Notes: generated by a model not told the origin, from the letters alone. A DNA stretch of 64,000 nt from Antechinus flavipes (GCF_016432865.1 NC_067403.1:104408001-104472000); one strand, 5' to 3'. Positions 12,178 to 25,775 are shown, numbered from the stretch's first letter. Numbers and translations are program-made.

Positions 12178-13099
12178 TGAAGGGGACAGAAGTTGTGATT
12201 ATATGATCTTTAAAGGTTATTTCCACTTCAACAAATCTTGCTTCTATTATCTAAGAATCCCATAATATCACATTTGACAAATCTTGCTTTTTGGTATATA
12301 AAAGCTTTTTTTGGAGATTTTTTTATTCTTTCTTCATGTCTATTTTAATGCTGATGAAAATTGATCTGTTTTCTTGGGAGAGAAGGAGAGAGAGAAAAGC
12401 TGATCAAAATCAATTCACCTCTGAAAAATAGTTTTAACAAGATACTAAATTGAGTTGTATACAAAATGCAATCAGAGATATTTTTAAAGCATTTCCATTT
12501 ATTTAAACAAGATGAACTAAGGTTCTTAGATGCTTTTTTCTCCCCCTCACACATCCATCCCTTTGATAATGCATAGTTAAACTTGAGAATCTTATGTATT
12601 AGAGCCTTAAATTTCCACCTGATATTCAAACTTGTCACGAATCAAAATCAGATTTTATGTTTCAGTTTTCTTAATGCCTAACCAAGCATATGCTACAATG
12701 TGGAAACTCTTCACAAGTTTCTTTGATATTACCACAAGAGCTTAAACAATTTACCTGCTACTGATTTTATGTCTTGTTTTAGATTTCCCCAAAGAATCAA
12801 AGTTTTGAGTACATGTAATAAATTGATATGGCCACACGTATAAGTTAAATAACATAAATTACCATGAAGTTTACTTGACTGTAATTCTTCTTAATTTGAG
12901 ATTCTCCTGGTATTTAAGTTGAATATAGATCAAGTTCCTTTGAAAGTTTTATACATAGCTTATAAAGGAAATTTGTTCTCTACAATATTGCTTGTGTCTT
13001 CCTCATTATGTCAAGAAAGACTGAAAACAAATGGTTTGAATGTTTCTGTGGTTGGAACTAAGGATATTGATGTAGGAAGGAACCTAGTAAAAATTATGA

Positions 13100-13270
13100 T
13101 ATAGTACAAATAACAATGAACTGGGAATTGGGAACTTAGATTCTCTTCACAATTCTGCCAGTAACTCATTTATGGCATCTTGCTCAAATCACTTCAATGC
13201 TTCGGTATGTAGTTTCTTTACCTGAAAGAAGAAATGAATTTACTAGAAAATATCTAAATTCTCTCTTCAG
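13100..13270 (+). mobile_element. MIR/CORE-SINE fragment
   Basis: tagtacaaataacaatgaactggg...ttctgccagtaactc...aaatcacttcaa...tagtttctttacctgaaa resembles the head plus CORE. Confidence 0.55.
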
Positions 13271-13300
13271 AAGTGGACATTCTGTGGTTTTATGAAGATA

Positions 13301-13304
<4 letters not shown>

Positions 13305-13338
<34 letters not shown>

Positions 13339-13352
13339 ACATGTGTGTAAGT

Positions 13353-13384
<32 letters not shown>
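13305..13384. repeat. Compound (TG)n microsatellite
   Basis: Two long TG runs separated by cacatgtgtgtaagtctc. Confidence 0.98.
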
Positions 13385-13387
<3 letters not shown>

Positions 13388-15290
13388 ACAGGGGGAAATG
13401 AGACATCAGTGACTGAAAATTATAAAAAGGAAAATTAGACATTGTACAAGGTGGGGGGGAATAAAAACAACTTTATATCAAAAAGTAGGTGCCCTTCATT
13501 TGAAGTTTTTACTAGTCTTCCAATTGAAGGATGACTACCTGTTGACTATATCATAGAGTGGATTCATGTTTAAGTGCATTTCAGATAAGTTGGCTATTGA
13601 AATCACTTTTTACTCTGAAATTCATAGAATTACAAAAGTCATATTGTGAGATTCTGGAATTGAGTAAATTTTCTGATAGTGTAAGAACAAAGTCCCTAGA
13701 CTTTAATATCTGCTGTGGCAGATGTTAAGAAGAAGAGGAATATAAAGGTAAGTTAACAAATATAGCATTATAGTTATGAAAAGGAAGGCCAAAGGTGGTA
13801 TTACTAAGCAGAGATTGACCTTTTACACTTGTAGAGATGACTCCTTAGATCTTCATAAAGAGTTATTAGCTCTAAGACTTACTTGTTACAGGAATAGTGA
13901 TGGACAGAAGACAAGTACTCATGGTTTCTACTTAGAATTCTTGGTGATGGTTATTGAAAAGTAGGAAAATTCCGTATTCGTGTCATTTTAAAATCTGTCA
14001 GGTGTGATGTTAATTATAAAAATATAAACTAACAGTCCAGCTAGGAGATGTGGCATCTCACACTATTATAGGGATTATACTAAAACATGGTACATGAAGA
14101 TTCTCTGGGCAAGATTTAATCTGAATACTTTGTGTAGCTAATTTTATTTCTTGATTTCTGTGTTTTCTCTCTGTGAGAGAAGGTTAGCAGAGCTCATAAA
14201 GCAACAGCATCTAATAGAACCTGTGGTCTTTTCTTTGTGCATGTTTTCAACTCTGTTGCTGTATATAAACTTCTGATCATGATATTGTAAGGAACAGGTA
14301 AAGTAGCATGATATGACTGACTTTGAACACAGAGATGTCATCCTAGCCAGTTCCCTTAATGTCTCATTGCCTCAGGTCACTCTCATACTACAAATAGCAA
14401 AAACTGATCTGCATTTTTAAAAGAAGTTTCTTCTATCATTGCCCACTGAGAAAATTAACAAATCTCCTTTCCCTTGCCTCCCAACAAACAAAACCCTATA
14501 AATACATGTAATAGAATTCAATTAATAATTCCCTTAAGAGAACTAAATAAGATTATTGCTTCTTCATTTCAAGATAATCAATTTCATTGGTGTGTATATT
14601 TATATAGTAGTTGTGGTTTCTTTACAATCTGCTCTACTAAAAATACTTTGTAGTTCCTAAAAAGCTTCGCAATCTTTCCTTCCTTTTAACACTGCTTCCT
14701 TATATAACAATTATCAGATATGATTTGAGCTTGAAAACATTTTCTAGAGAAATATCAGGCAAACTGTTAAGCAAATACTATTATGTGTAATATGTTGGTC
14801 TCTGTAGTAGCAGGAATTATTTTTATTGTTGTTGTTGTTATTGTTATTATTATTGGTTGAATTGAATTGGCCAGTCAAATATTTAGGGACAAGTTATATA
14901 AGCAGTTTGCAAGATATTTCTTGCTTATTAAGCTTTGAGATTGACTTTTAAAATTATTTATCAATATATTTGTAGCTCATTGGAATAATCAATCATGAAG
15001 AATTTAATATTCCCTCTATGGCCTTAATTTTAAGTTTGATGGGAAGACACAAGAATCTATGGGTGTGATTTTTACCTTTAATGACAATCTCAATAAATCA
15101 ATGAACCAACAAAATCTGGCACTGAGCTAGATGCTGAACATGCAAACATAAAAGTGAAAAAGTCCTTGTTCTCCAGAAGCTCACATTCTATAGTGAAAAA
15201 AAAACACAAACAATTATAAGTATATACAAACTAAATATGAAAATAATTGGGAAGAAACTATAGCAATTAAGGATGAAAAAAAGTTTCTTT

Positions 15291-16580
15291 TATTTTTGTT
15301 TTTATTATTTAATATTTTATTTTCTCCAGTTATATGTAAAACAATTTTTAACATTTGTTTTCAAAACTTTGATTTCCAGATTCTCTCCCTTTCTTCCTTC
15401 CCCATCAAATGTGATATTATATAAAACATTTCTATAAAAGTCATTTGTAAAAGAATGCATAGATTTCTGTCCCCCCCTAAAAAAATGAAATTTAAAAAAT
15501 TTTGCTTTAATCTGTATTCAAACACAATTAGTCCTTGCTCTGGAAAGATTTTTTTTTAATCATAAATCTTTTAAGAGTAGTCTTGGATCCTTGTTTTGCT
15601 GAGAATAGCAAAAGTCATTCATAGTTGATTGTATCACAATATTGCTATTACTTTGTATACAGGACATTTTACTTTGCATGAGCTCATGGAAGTCTTTCCA
15701 AGTTTTTCTGAAAACATGCTGTCTGTCTTTTCTTATATCACAATAGCATTCCTTTATAATCACATGCCACACTTTATTCAGTCATTCCCCAATTAATGGA
15801 CATCTGCAATTTCCTGTGCTTTGCCCCAAGAAAAGACCTGCTATAAATATTTTTGCACAAAAAGCTTATTTTCCTTTTTTTAATCTTTTTTTGGCATATA
15901 TGCCTAGTAGTGGTATTATGACATCAAAGGGTATGCATGGTTTTGTGGCCCTTTAGGCCTAGTTCCAAATTGGTCTACAGAATGGTTGAATTAGGTCACA
16001 ATTTTACCAACAATACAGTAATATTTCATTTTTCCCATATTCCTTCCTGTATTTGTCATTTTTCTTTTCTAGTCCATTAACCAATCTAATACACATGAGG
16101 TAGTAACTCTGAATTGTTTTAATTTGCATTTCTCTAATGTAGAGTGAATAAGAGTATTTTTAATATGACTATAAATAGTTTAATTATCTGAAAACTGTTC
16201 ATATCTTTTGATCATTTATCAATTGGGGAATGACTTATTTTTTTTTTAGAAATAAATTTGACAGTCCCCTATGTATTTGAGAAATTAGACCTTTATCAGA
16301 AAAATGACTTCACAATTCTTTTCATAATTCCTATTGCTAACTGTATTTCCCCCTATTTATTCTGTTCTCGCCTTTCTTTCATCCTGCCCTTTCACAAAAG
16401 TATTTTGCTTCTGACTGTCCCCCATATGCTCTCTCTTCTATCACTCTCCCCACTTCTCATATCCTCTCTTCCCTCCTATTTACCTGTGGATAAGATAAAT
16501 TTCTGAACCCAACTGACTGTGAATGTTAAATCCCCTTTTAAGCCAATTCCCACTCACTCTTCTTCTCCCCCTTTTCCAGA
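15291..16580 (-). mobile_element. Old L1 fragment: inter-ORF spacer fused directly to the ORF2 C-terminal region and 3' UTR
   Basis: On the minus strand, the spacer (aligns by eye with 8100-8200/7500-7600) ends ggaaatacagttagcaatag (16350-16331). It is followed within ~40 bp by FSDKGLISQIHRGL (~16305-16264), then the ORF2 end, 3' UTR and poly-A near 15291. Confidence 0.75.
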
Positions 16581-19500
16581 AGGAAAAATTTCATGGAAAA
16601 AAAAGATGGAAATTCAGTTGAATTTTAAAAGAAACAAGATGCTTTTATAAAAAGTCTATGATGTCAATTTAGATATAAAACATGTATACTTACATATGTA
16701 GACAGACAAACAGATAAAAGTTTCATAGGATTTCCACATTATATCTCATTATATAATTTAAAGACAACTTATGACCCCATTTGATGGATATAGTCAATAA
16801 CATATTCCAAGTTAAAAATGGCAACTTTTTGTATCCATGATTGTTTTCAGGCTTAATACTTACTTGACTGTTGGAAAGAATTGAGAATCATGATGTGAGG
16901 AAGGCTTGGAAGTCACTAAAAATTGAGGCCAAACTGTTTTAGTGAACCCCATTAAGAAATGCTCTTAAAATGCAGACTAGAAAGGGAGTTCAAAATAATG
17001 CTTTTTTAGCCCTAATTCTGGTCAATTAATGAAACAATTCTGCTGGGCGTGGAAGGCCTTATAAGCTTGATTTCCTTTACCATTATAAAATCCAAAAGGA
17101 ACAAAGAGAAAGAAGAAATAGCAAAAGCAATTATCTAACACTTTGTATTTTCAATCCCTCCTTGTATCCCTAATTAGTTAAACTATTCACCATCTCATGT
17201 AGTCTGTCAGTGAAAACACCCTCGGGATTCTCTGGCCACTTGACATATGTGGTTCATTTTTTCAAAAATGTCTTCCACCAGAGGTCCTGGAAAAAGTCAT
17301 GATGAGATCCCTGTGCTAATAATCCATTGTGTTTATATAGTACTGAATTAGCTAACCTGGCTTTTCTTTTATCAGTCTGGAGTCAATACTTTGATAATCA
17401 GAGCCTAAAACAGATTTGTATCTAAAGGAGAAAAAAATCAATTTTTTTTTTGCTCAGATGTAATTTAAATAAGATACTAATGCAAAGTAGATATTCCCAT
17501 ATATTTGTATAATTGAATATATGGTCAAAGAAAAAAAAAAGCAACATGTATTTTATCTTTCATCTAATGTAAAATCATTATTTCCTTAAGTTTGTATCAT
17601 TTAGAATTCAATATATGTTTAAAGATGTATAAGAAGGAAATGGGAGAATGGACTAGAAAGAGTCAGAGACTTTGGGGTCTGGTCTTTACTTCTTTTTTGA
17701 TTTATAATCTAATTCTGAGCCACTCAAGTTATCTTGCCAAACCATTTCTGTCTCTAGCTTTTTAAAGTAAGTAAATAAATCAGCTACCTAAAAACATTTA
17801 CAGAATTCTCTAGGACTCCTAAATCAAAATTAATATAACTACAGTTTACAGTATAAACAATGACTTAGATGATATCTACACACTTGATTATAAATACACA
17901 ACACAATTTCAATTATATCTTCCATTTTAAAATGAAAAAATCCAACTGCTTTGGAAAAAGAGTCTGAGTCACTAACTTTTTTTTATTATTCTGGAACATT
18001 GCCTCTGCAATTGCCTTGTCTCCAGGACCAGAGAGAACAGGCCTTGGAAAGTTCGACTCTACTCTCTTCAGAACTTTTGCCCTGGGATTCTGCTATCCTG
18101 ATTTGTAACTGCCCCAGCTAGCCCATTACTTCAGGGAGGCCCTAGCCATGTTTGAGACCACTCTTTAACCCTGATCATCTTTCTACCATATGTACCCTCT
18201 TTCTCCTCCTCCAATTCTGGAACCATGATTAAATCACTCCACTGTAATTTTCCCAATGGAAATGTCCCTAACTGTCAACCGCTTCACTACTTGTGCTGTT
18301 GCTCCTTATATATGATCCTTGAATGAAGTTATTGTCTTTACTTTTAGTTTTATACTTGATGTTTATCCCTATGTTTTATCTTTTGGAAATTCATTCATTA
18401 CCTAGTTTTTTTCAAGTGATCTAGTTGCTTGAAAATTGTGTGCCTTTTTTTCTCCCCAAGACAGTGTGACAGTATATTTATGTGTGTATATGTGTATGTA
18501 GGTAGGTAGGTATATGTGTGTATATATGGGGGAGTATGTGTATGTAAAGGCACATTGTAAGTGAAATCAAAGTAAAATACTTTAGAAACTCAAGCAAATA
18601 TTCAACATATTTGAAAAACAAAAGGATGCATACATTTACATTAAAACTGCTAAGTATAAGAACAGAGCTATGATTTTTCTTTTTATTGAATTTATAAACA
18701 TTCCAATTTTTAGGAATTATTCATGAAAGTATCAGGAAAATAATCAGCATGTGATAATGGGTACTTTAGAAGGAGAGTAAAAGCCTCACAAAGAGATCAT
18801 AGAAACAATCAGATTTTTAAAAAAATAAAATTAATAAAAACTAAGAAAGTTTCTAAAGAGCAGCCCTATCAAGAGCACTGGTAGGACATAACTCCCTTGT
18901 AATTTGTAATTCTTCCCATTTGGAGAAAAAAGGAAACTAATGCAAAATCTGCCCTCAGAGAAGAAGAGTAAAGGGGAGTGTTGGAAGGGGGAGGGAAATT
19001 TCCACTTTGGAAGAATATGAGAGGGAGTTTAAGGACTATTGAGGAGAAATAAAAGGGAGAGGTGCTGTTTGTAGTGCTAGAGCTCAGATCTGACATATCT
19101 GTAGGGAACCAAAGTGCCTTTAATAAGACTATGAGAGATGATCTGTATCTAAATGGACAAGCTGAGTGTTGCATAGTATTGTGAACTTTTATGGAAGTTG
19201 GGGAGAAGAACAGGAACCCTGAGACAAACAAGCCTATGATAAGAAAAGACAGGACATGTCCAGCTTTACATCTGCTTGCATTTTTCTTAAATTTGTTCTG
19301 TTAAGGAAAATATTTGCTAGATTTAATATGCTTTCTCGTATGCAGCTGTGGTTAACCCCTTTCCTATTTTGCCCAGTTTGGAGTATAAGGGCACAATTAG
19401 AGCAATGGATGAGAGAAGGACCTTTCCTAGTACAGGGATGGGAGCTCATTGTTGATTTTCTCTATGTTCTAATTGAGAATTAAATATATGAACCATTTCA

Positions 19501-19799
19501 TGCAGAATTTTGAGGAATTGGAGCCCTATTTTATAAATTATCTCCTAGGCAAGTTAGCATTACACCCTGAAAGATTCAAATCTCAAATGCGATGGAGTAG
19601 TGCTTACCCATCCCAATTCACTGGTAGTCCTACTCTTTCTCTTTATACAAGAGCTTAGCATTACAAAATAGATTGTAGAATTTGCCCTTTTTTAAACATT
19701 CATTTAGATTTAATGTAGACATCGGTCAGGCTATAGTGAATTAAACAGGTCGTACAGAACTATGCTCCTCTGGACAGAGGTCAGAGGGTCAGAGATCTT

Positions 19800-20030
19800 T
19801 AACTGGACTGGACTTTAAATACATAGTTCAACTCTGACTTTAAATCTACCTTCAAATGTTTACCAGCAATAAATCCTTTGGTAAACCACTCATTCTGGTT
19901 GCCTCAGCTTCTTTACCTGTAAAAAGGAAATTATAATAGTACCTATCTCCAAGACTGTTGTGAAGATCAAATGAGCTAATATTTGCAAATTGCCTTGCAT
20001 ATAGTAGACATTATATAAGTTCTAGCAATT
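19800..20030 (+). mobile_element. MIR-type CORE-SINE
   Basis: gcctcagcttctttacctgtaaaaaggaaattataatagtacctatctcc...tgttgtgaagatcaaatgagctaatatttgcaaa matches the MIR core and tail. Confidence 0.8.
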
Positions 20031-21929
20031 ACTGTTGTTGTTTCATCGTTATTATTAATGGGTCTTTAAAAATAATTTATACAATTCTATCCCACTAAGC
20101 ATATGTATTAGCTCCATTAACACAATCAGCAAAAAATGGTAGCTTAGGGCAATGTGGGAGAAGCTAGCTTAACTTATAATACAGCAAAATAATTAGTTTA
20201 AAACAGAGTTCTTAAGCAATCCTACCCCAAGCTGTACAATAATAATTATATGAAAATAGATTTACCCTGTCAAAGCATATTGTCATACATCCTTGGCAAC
20301 CCCCCCCAAGTCTCATAAACTTAGGTTTACAGATTTGTAACTGACAGAATTTTGAGATCATATATAAATCTCTTCATCCTTTTCAGTTGAGGAAACAAAA
20401 GCACATTGATACGAATTGGCTTTTCAAAGTTCCTCTAAATTATAGAACCATAATTCGAATCTAGGTGTTATAATGCCCAACAAGTGCTCTTTCAACTGCA
20501 CTGCATTACCTTTCCTAAGGACCCTTTTTGTATGTCGTGACATGATTGAGAAGGACAAGCTCTTTAAAAAGACTAAGAGATCTTGTAAAAAGATCATTAG
20601 AAATAATCATTGCAATCATTAGGTCATTATGATAGTAATTACATAGCAGTTACTATGTAACTACTTATAAAATTGTAATTGATGGGTCATTTTCATAGTA
20701 ATTACAGTAGAAACTTATCATTAGCAACTTGAATTGATGGTGTAGAAAAATAAAAGAGAGATAATGATAAAGCAAATCGGTGAAGATAAAATAGAAACAG
20801 AAGGTTTCGATCATACTTTGAAGGAACAAGAAGTCTTGTATGTTAGCAAAAATGGGTAGTGGTTTGGTGTCAATGAATAACCATGTTTCCTGTTAGATGT
20901 TTTAACTAAGAAAAAACCCAAAATATGGAAGGCAAAAGGGGAAGGGATTCATGGAATCTCATAGAATTATAGTTTTTTAGAAGTAGTAGGGAATCTGAGA
21001 AGTTGTGAATTCCCAACAAAAAAGTTAAGACAATTCCAGAACCTCTAATTTCAAATATATTTTCCTTCCACTATCTCATCATTTCTCAGGCAAACGATGG
21101 AAATAGTTTTTTTTTTAATTTTGAGGGATAAGGTTTTGTCCAAAACTAAGATTTCATTAAACCAAGGATGTGGAGGTGAAGAAATGTCATGCACCAAATG
21201 AAGATGTTATCATTCTGAAAATTATAACCTTAGAAAGTTAACTCAATCCATTGAGAAGTAAAGGGACCTTGACCAGGGTCAGGTAGGCAGTTTTGTCATT
21301 GGCAGGCCTTGAATTCCAAAAATAGCTAAATCACATGACATTTCAAATGTTTCCTAAAATTTATAGTTACATTATAATTTATTTAGAAAATCTACTAAAA
21401 TCATGACGCTTGACCTATCTTTGGAATGATACTTTATTTAGTGCAAACTTAACTTTTCCCAGGAAAAAAACTGTGCTTGTGATAAACATATTCATGTGAA
21501 TGTTTTATTCAGCATAGTTGGGGTTTAAGAAAGTAGTTGCCTGGGTCAGAAGCACAGCTTATCCAGTTCCTTACTTATGAAATTGCAACTTTTTTATTTA
21601 TAGGTGTTTGTGTTTCTAATTTGAGGTGAGATTATATACACTTCTTTGAACCTTGATCTTGCTCTCAAATTACACCTCCATAAATTGATTGCTGCACATT
21701 ATTATGGAGCATCCAGAAACTTAGCACGTTAGTGCCATTCCAAATACCCTGCTGTTTCTCAGGGCTTGATAAATCGCAGCATTAGATTTTGCCCATGATA
21801 ATGGCCCCAAATGAACAATGAGTTTGAATGTCCATGGTGAAGAATTTTATTCTGCCATATTGTAAACTAAAGATTCCTTTCAAAACCTCTGAGATATAGG
21901 ACAGTTTTTGCATAAAAAATGAATAGTAA

Positions 21930-22245
21930 AGTAAGCAGAACCAAAGAAATATCATATACAGTAATAGCAATATTGTTTTTGAAGAAAAACAACCTTGGGT
22001 TTTTTCCTTTCCTTTGTGTTTTTCCCCCTTTGATCTGATATTTTTGCACAGCATGAAGAATATGGAAATATGTTTAAAAGAATTGAACATGCTTAACCTA
22101 TATTAGATTATTTGCTGTCTTGGGGAGGGAGAAGAAGAGAAGAGAGGAAGAAAAATGTCGTACACAGGATTTTGCAAAGGTGAATGTTGAAAACCATCTT
22201 TCCATATATTTGGAAAAAATAAAATATAAAAAAAAATATTTTAAA
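21930..22245 (+). mobile_element. L1 3' UTR fragment (older subfamily)
   Basis: gatctgatatttttgcacagcatga..aatatggaaatatgttt...ttttgcaaaggtgaatgttgaaaac...A-rich tail; similar to 58300-58510. Confidence 0.75.
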
Positions 22246-22269
22246 TGAAAAACCTGAATGAGCTGAGAA

Positions 22270-22650
22270 ATAAACAACTTTGAGTTACTAAGTCTTATTG
22301 ACCATTATAAAAATCCAAATTAATTACAAAGGACTTATGAAGGAAAATTTTCTCTTCATCCAGAGAAAGAATTGATGAATAGAAATTTGCATAGAATCAT
22401 TTTCATATACACACACACAAACATACATTTATGCCTACTGGTAGTCATCTCCAGAGTGAGGTGGGAAGGAAACAAAGGGGGTAAATAAATTTACATGGTA
22501 ATTATTTTTTATTTATTTAAAAGGAATAGCAGGTTGTACATAATAGGTTTGTAATTTCACATGCAATTATCTTTTTTTTCTACTCACCTATGTTATACAA
22601 ATGTCTGTTTTACTCAAATTATGAATAAAATAAATATTTTTTAAAACAAA
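22270..22650 (+). mobile_element. Old L1-type 3' end
   Basis: catccagagaaagaattgatgaa...atttaaaaggaatagcaggttgtacataata...aataaaata. The same tail recurs at 50390-50560. Confidence 0.55.
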
Positions 22651-23949
22651 GTTCTAATATTTCTTCCGCATGAAGATAAAACTGAAAACTATAGATATAC
22701 ACTTAGACTTTGGCACAAATCCATAGCCTGAAGGAGAAAAGTAATGAGTTCAAGTAAATTCGATAGTAAAGAATTTTCTTACAAAAAGACACAGAAATTT
22801 AAAATGTAGGAAATCTATAAAAATCTAACAATTACATAAGAAGAAAAAGTCCATTTATTCGATCATTGTTCCATGGTAACAAGGGGATCTCATGATATCT
22901 CATTTATTCTCTTATTTTACTGTTGCAGAATCTGTGGTTCAGGTAGACTAAGTGACTGCCAAGTGTCAAAGACAGGCTTCGGTTTCAGCATGTCTACAGT
23001 CACTATATAAGCTACATAATTCTAGGAGACATGTCAATTGGTTTGATTATTATAAAATTGATCCATAGTCATTTTGCCTATTTCTCTGTATAACATGAGT
23101 TCTGTTCTTATCTGTGCTATCAGTTGGCCCAGACTCTGGAGAATTGAATTATCTTTTCAGATTTTATTCAGATGAAAGTGGGTTATTCTTCTGAATTATA
23201 CAGATAAATGCTTTAATTTTTCATATAATTTTGCCACTGAAAACCTGATTGCCTTTCTTTATTCCATCAATACTCCCATTTCACTAGTTCAAAAATTAGT
23301 ATTAATGCATTGCAAGTCTCTACCATGCATCGATGTTTTGAACATTAATACTTTGAAATTATAGCATCACAAGGTTAGAAGGGACCTTGAGAGGTTATTA
23401 ACTCTATTTCATGCCTTGAGGCTATTCTCAACCTACACCTTTTCAGAGAAATGAAAATCTGCCATATTTTCAAAAGAATTTTGGAATATGAAATCCCATA
23501 GCCTACTCTGCTAATTCACTTTACTGTTAACAATCTAACTTATCAGAAAGTCTTATAACTAATTCAAATCTTTAAAATATTTCAAGTTAGTTCCATTTCT
23601 TCTTGTCCTACCTTTAAACATAAATAAAATATATAAAATATAGTTTCATGAATATAATTATAATGTTTCTGTAAGCATCTATGTATATATGGAAATGTTC
23701 CTGTTACTTTTTAGTAGAGGTAAATTTATTAAATTAATTATACCAGAGTCAGTATTGTCATAGGTATTTTCTTCATAGATATAAAGACAAGTCAGTTTTT
23801 CTAATGACCATGACTTTTTCCTGATTTATTTTTGGTTAGCCAAATAAATTTGATTACAATGAATATCTTTATTGAGAAAGATTAATATTTATTCATTATT
23901 GTGAAGGCAGAATTTTACCCTTGAAAGATTTTCACATTTGAAATCAGAA

Positions 23950-24270
23950 GGTTTATATTTGAAAATTCTAACTGCACAATTTATTATCTCAATGACCTTG
24001 GTCATGTGACTTACTTCTATGGGTCTCATTTTCTTCATCTCTAAAATTAGGTCAATGGGCCCAATGGCCTCTTAGGTGACTTCTGGCATTAGTTATGCAA
24101 TCCTATGATATTATAATCTATGTGAATCCCAGATCTGTCACTTTCTATATTATAAGCCTTCATTTTTGGTAACCCTCAATTTCCTCCTCTATGTAATGAG
24201 GGTGTCAGATTATATGATCTGTAAAGTGGCCTCCATAAACTTCAATTCTAAATCTATGATCTTATAATAA
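23950..24270 (+). mobile_element. Cluster of tandem MIR3-like CORE-SINE fragments
   Basis: tgaccttgggtcatgtgacttac...tctcattttcttcatctctaaaat and ctcaatttcctcctctatgtaatgaggg...gatctgtaaag, both CORE-like. Confidence 0.6.
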
Positions 24271-24659
24271 TTTACATAGTCATCTTTGGCAGGTTATCAA
24301 ATTCCTTATATGTCTGAGTGTACCACACTCAGCATTTTTTCCTGTTTCCATACTCATCTATCCATTTCCCTCTTACTCTGCATATAATAGTTAATCCATT
24401 ACTAAATATAATATACATTAATACAGATACAATATACAATAATTCATTAAGCATATTGAGGTTAGAATCTCATGGACTCATTTTGAATATTAAAAATAAT
24501 CTACTAAAATAATAATATTATTAAAATTTGGGAATAAATTCTTTTATACCCTGTACCACTACAAATTTTTTCTATCAAACTTCTTTGGAACAGATTTTTT
24601 AAGCTCCCTGAGATTAGAAATGAGGTATTTTTTCATTATCATGAAATAGTAGAAAAATT

Positions 24660-24840
24660 CTGAATTTCAAGTTAAAAGTCTCATAGCTAAATAGAGCTCA
24701 TATTGTGATTCTGCCATTTACTGATTATAGGACTTTGACCAAGTCATCTTACTTCTCAGATCTGCATTTTTTTCTAAATCCGATAATGAAGGGCTTCATT
24801 CAGATGATCTCTAAGATTCTTTTCTCACTCCTAACCTACA
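24660..24840 (+). mobile_element. MIR3-like CORE-SINE
   Basis: tctgccatttactgatt...gactttgaccaagtca...gatgatctctaagattc...tcctaacctacaatcttatg. Confidence 0.6.
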
Positions 24841-25261
24841 ATCTTATGCGAGGATGATCTATCTATCCCATAACTCACTTCTAATCATTAAATATTTATT
24901 TAATGAAAGATATTTTGCTAAGAACTGATAGTGGAGTGGTAGAAAGGAGGTACAAAAGTAAGGAAGGCAAAGTGTTGCTCTCATGAAATTTACAGCTTAA
25001 TAAGGTGATTGAGCACATAGAGGAGGCAATTGGTTTTCAAAAAGAACATTCATTCTGCCACTTATTACCTATGTTACTTTACCCACTTAATCAATCAACA
25101 AGCGTTTGTTAAATCATTTCTATGTATCAGACACAGTGCCTACCATGGAGGATACCAAGACAAAAATGAAATATTCTCTGACCATAGTGAAGTTATTTTA
25201 CCTCCTCTAACCATAATTTTCTCATCTACAAAATAAACGAATAGAATTAAAGTCCCTCTAA

Positions 25262-25775
25262 GGCTTGTCCACAACCCAAGCAAACCACAACAATGATCTG
25301 AAGGCAAAACAGAAGCATTTCCATTTGAATTGTTTTAGGAAAATTCTGAAGATCACTTGGCAAGGAACCAGGCTCTGAGGTCCTATCTTAAGCTGAACTG
25401 CCAAGCATTCAAACTCTACTGCAGGGAACTGATGGGCTCTGATGGGCTGGCCATGTTGTTCTAATGCCAAAAGGATGTTTGCCTAAAAGGCTATTTTATG
25501 GAGAACTCATTAGAAGGCAAGTGCTCACATGGAGATGAGAAGTAGCAATACAAGGAGACTCTCAAGGTCTCTCCGAAGAACTTTGGAATGGATTGTGATA
25601 CATGGGAGACTCTGGCTCAGAGCTGTCCAGCATGGCATTTTTGCATCAAAGAAGGCACTGTGCTCTGTCTGTTAACAAGCAGAATTCTAGCTCAAAAGAA
25701 ATGGGAGATGCACAGATTTAGAGTCCATATGGACTATTGTGCCCAATTATTGATCTGATCAACTACAATCAAAAA
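25262..25775 (+). mobile_element. RTE-clade non-LTR retrotransposon, 3' ORF fragment
   Basis: Translates, with frameshifts, to NCFRKILKITWQ...RLFYGEL...KETLKVSPKNFGMDCDTWETLAQSCPAW, the conserved post-RT region of RTE elements. Confidence 0.85.

Noticed and set aside
18869-19658. Cluster of overlapping 61-120 aa ORFs on both strands
   Set aside because: No recognisable domain, no consistent splice structure, and lengths within chance expectation.
20634-20665. Hairpin with 13-bp arms (one mismatch) and a 6-nt loop
   Set aside because: Too short and AT-rich for a miRNA precursor or a MITE.
22900-22950. Strong + strand acceptor with a 14-nt exon (ttgcag|AATCTGTGGTTCAG|gtagac)
   Set aside because: Falls in a MIR-like fragment whose core naturally resembles an acceptor; the donor is weak.
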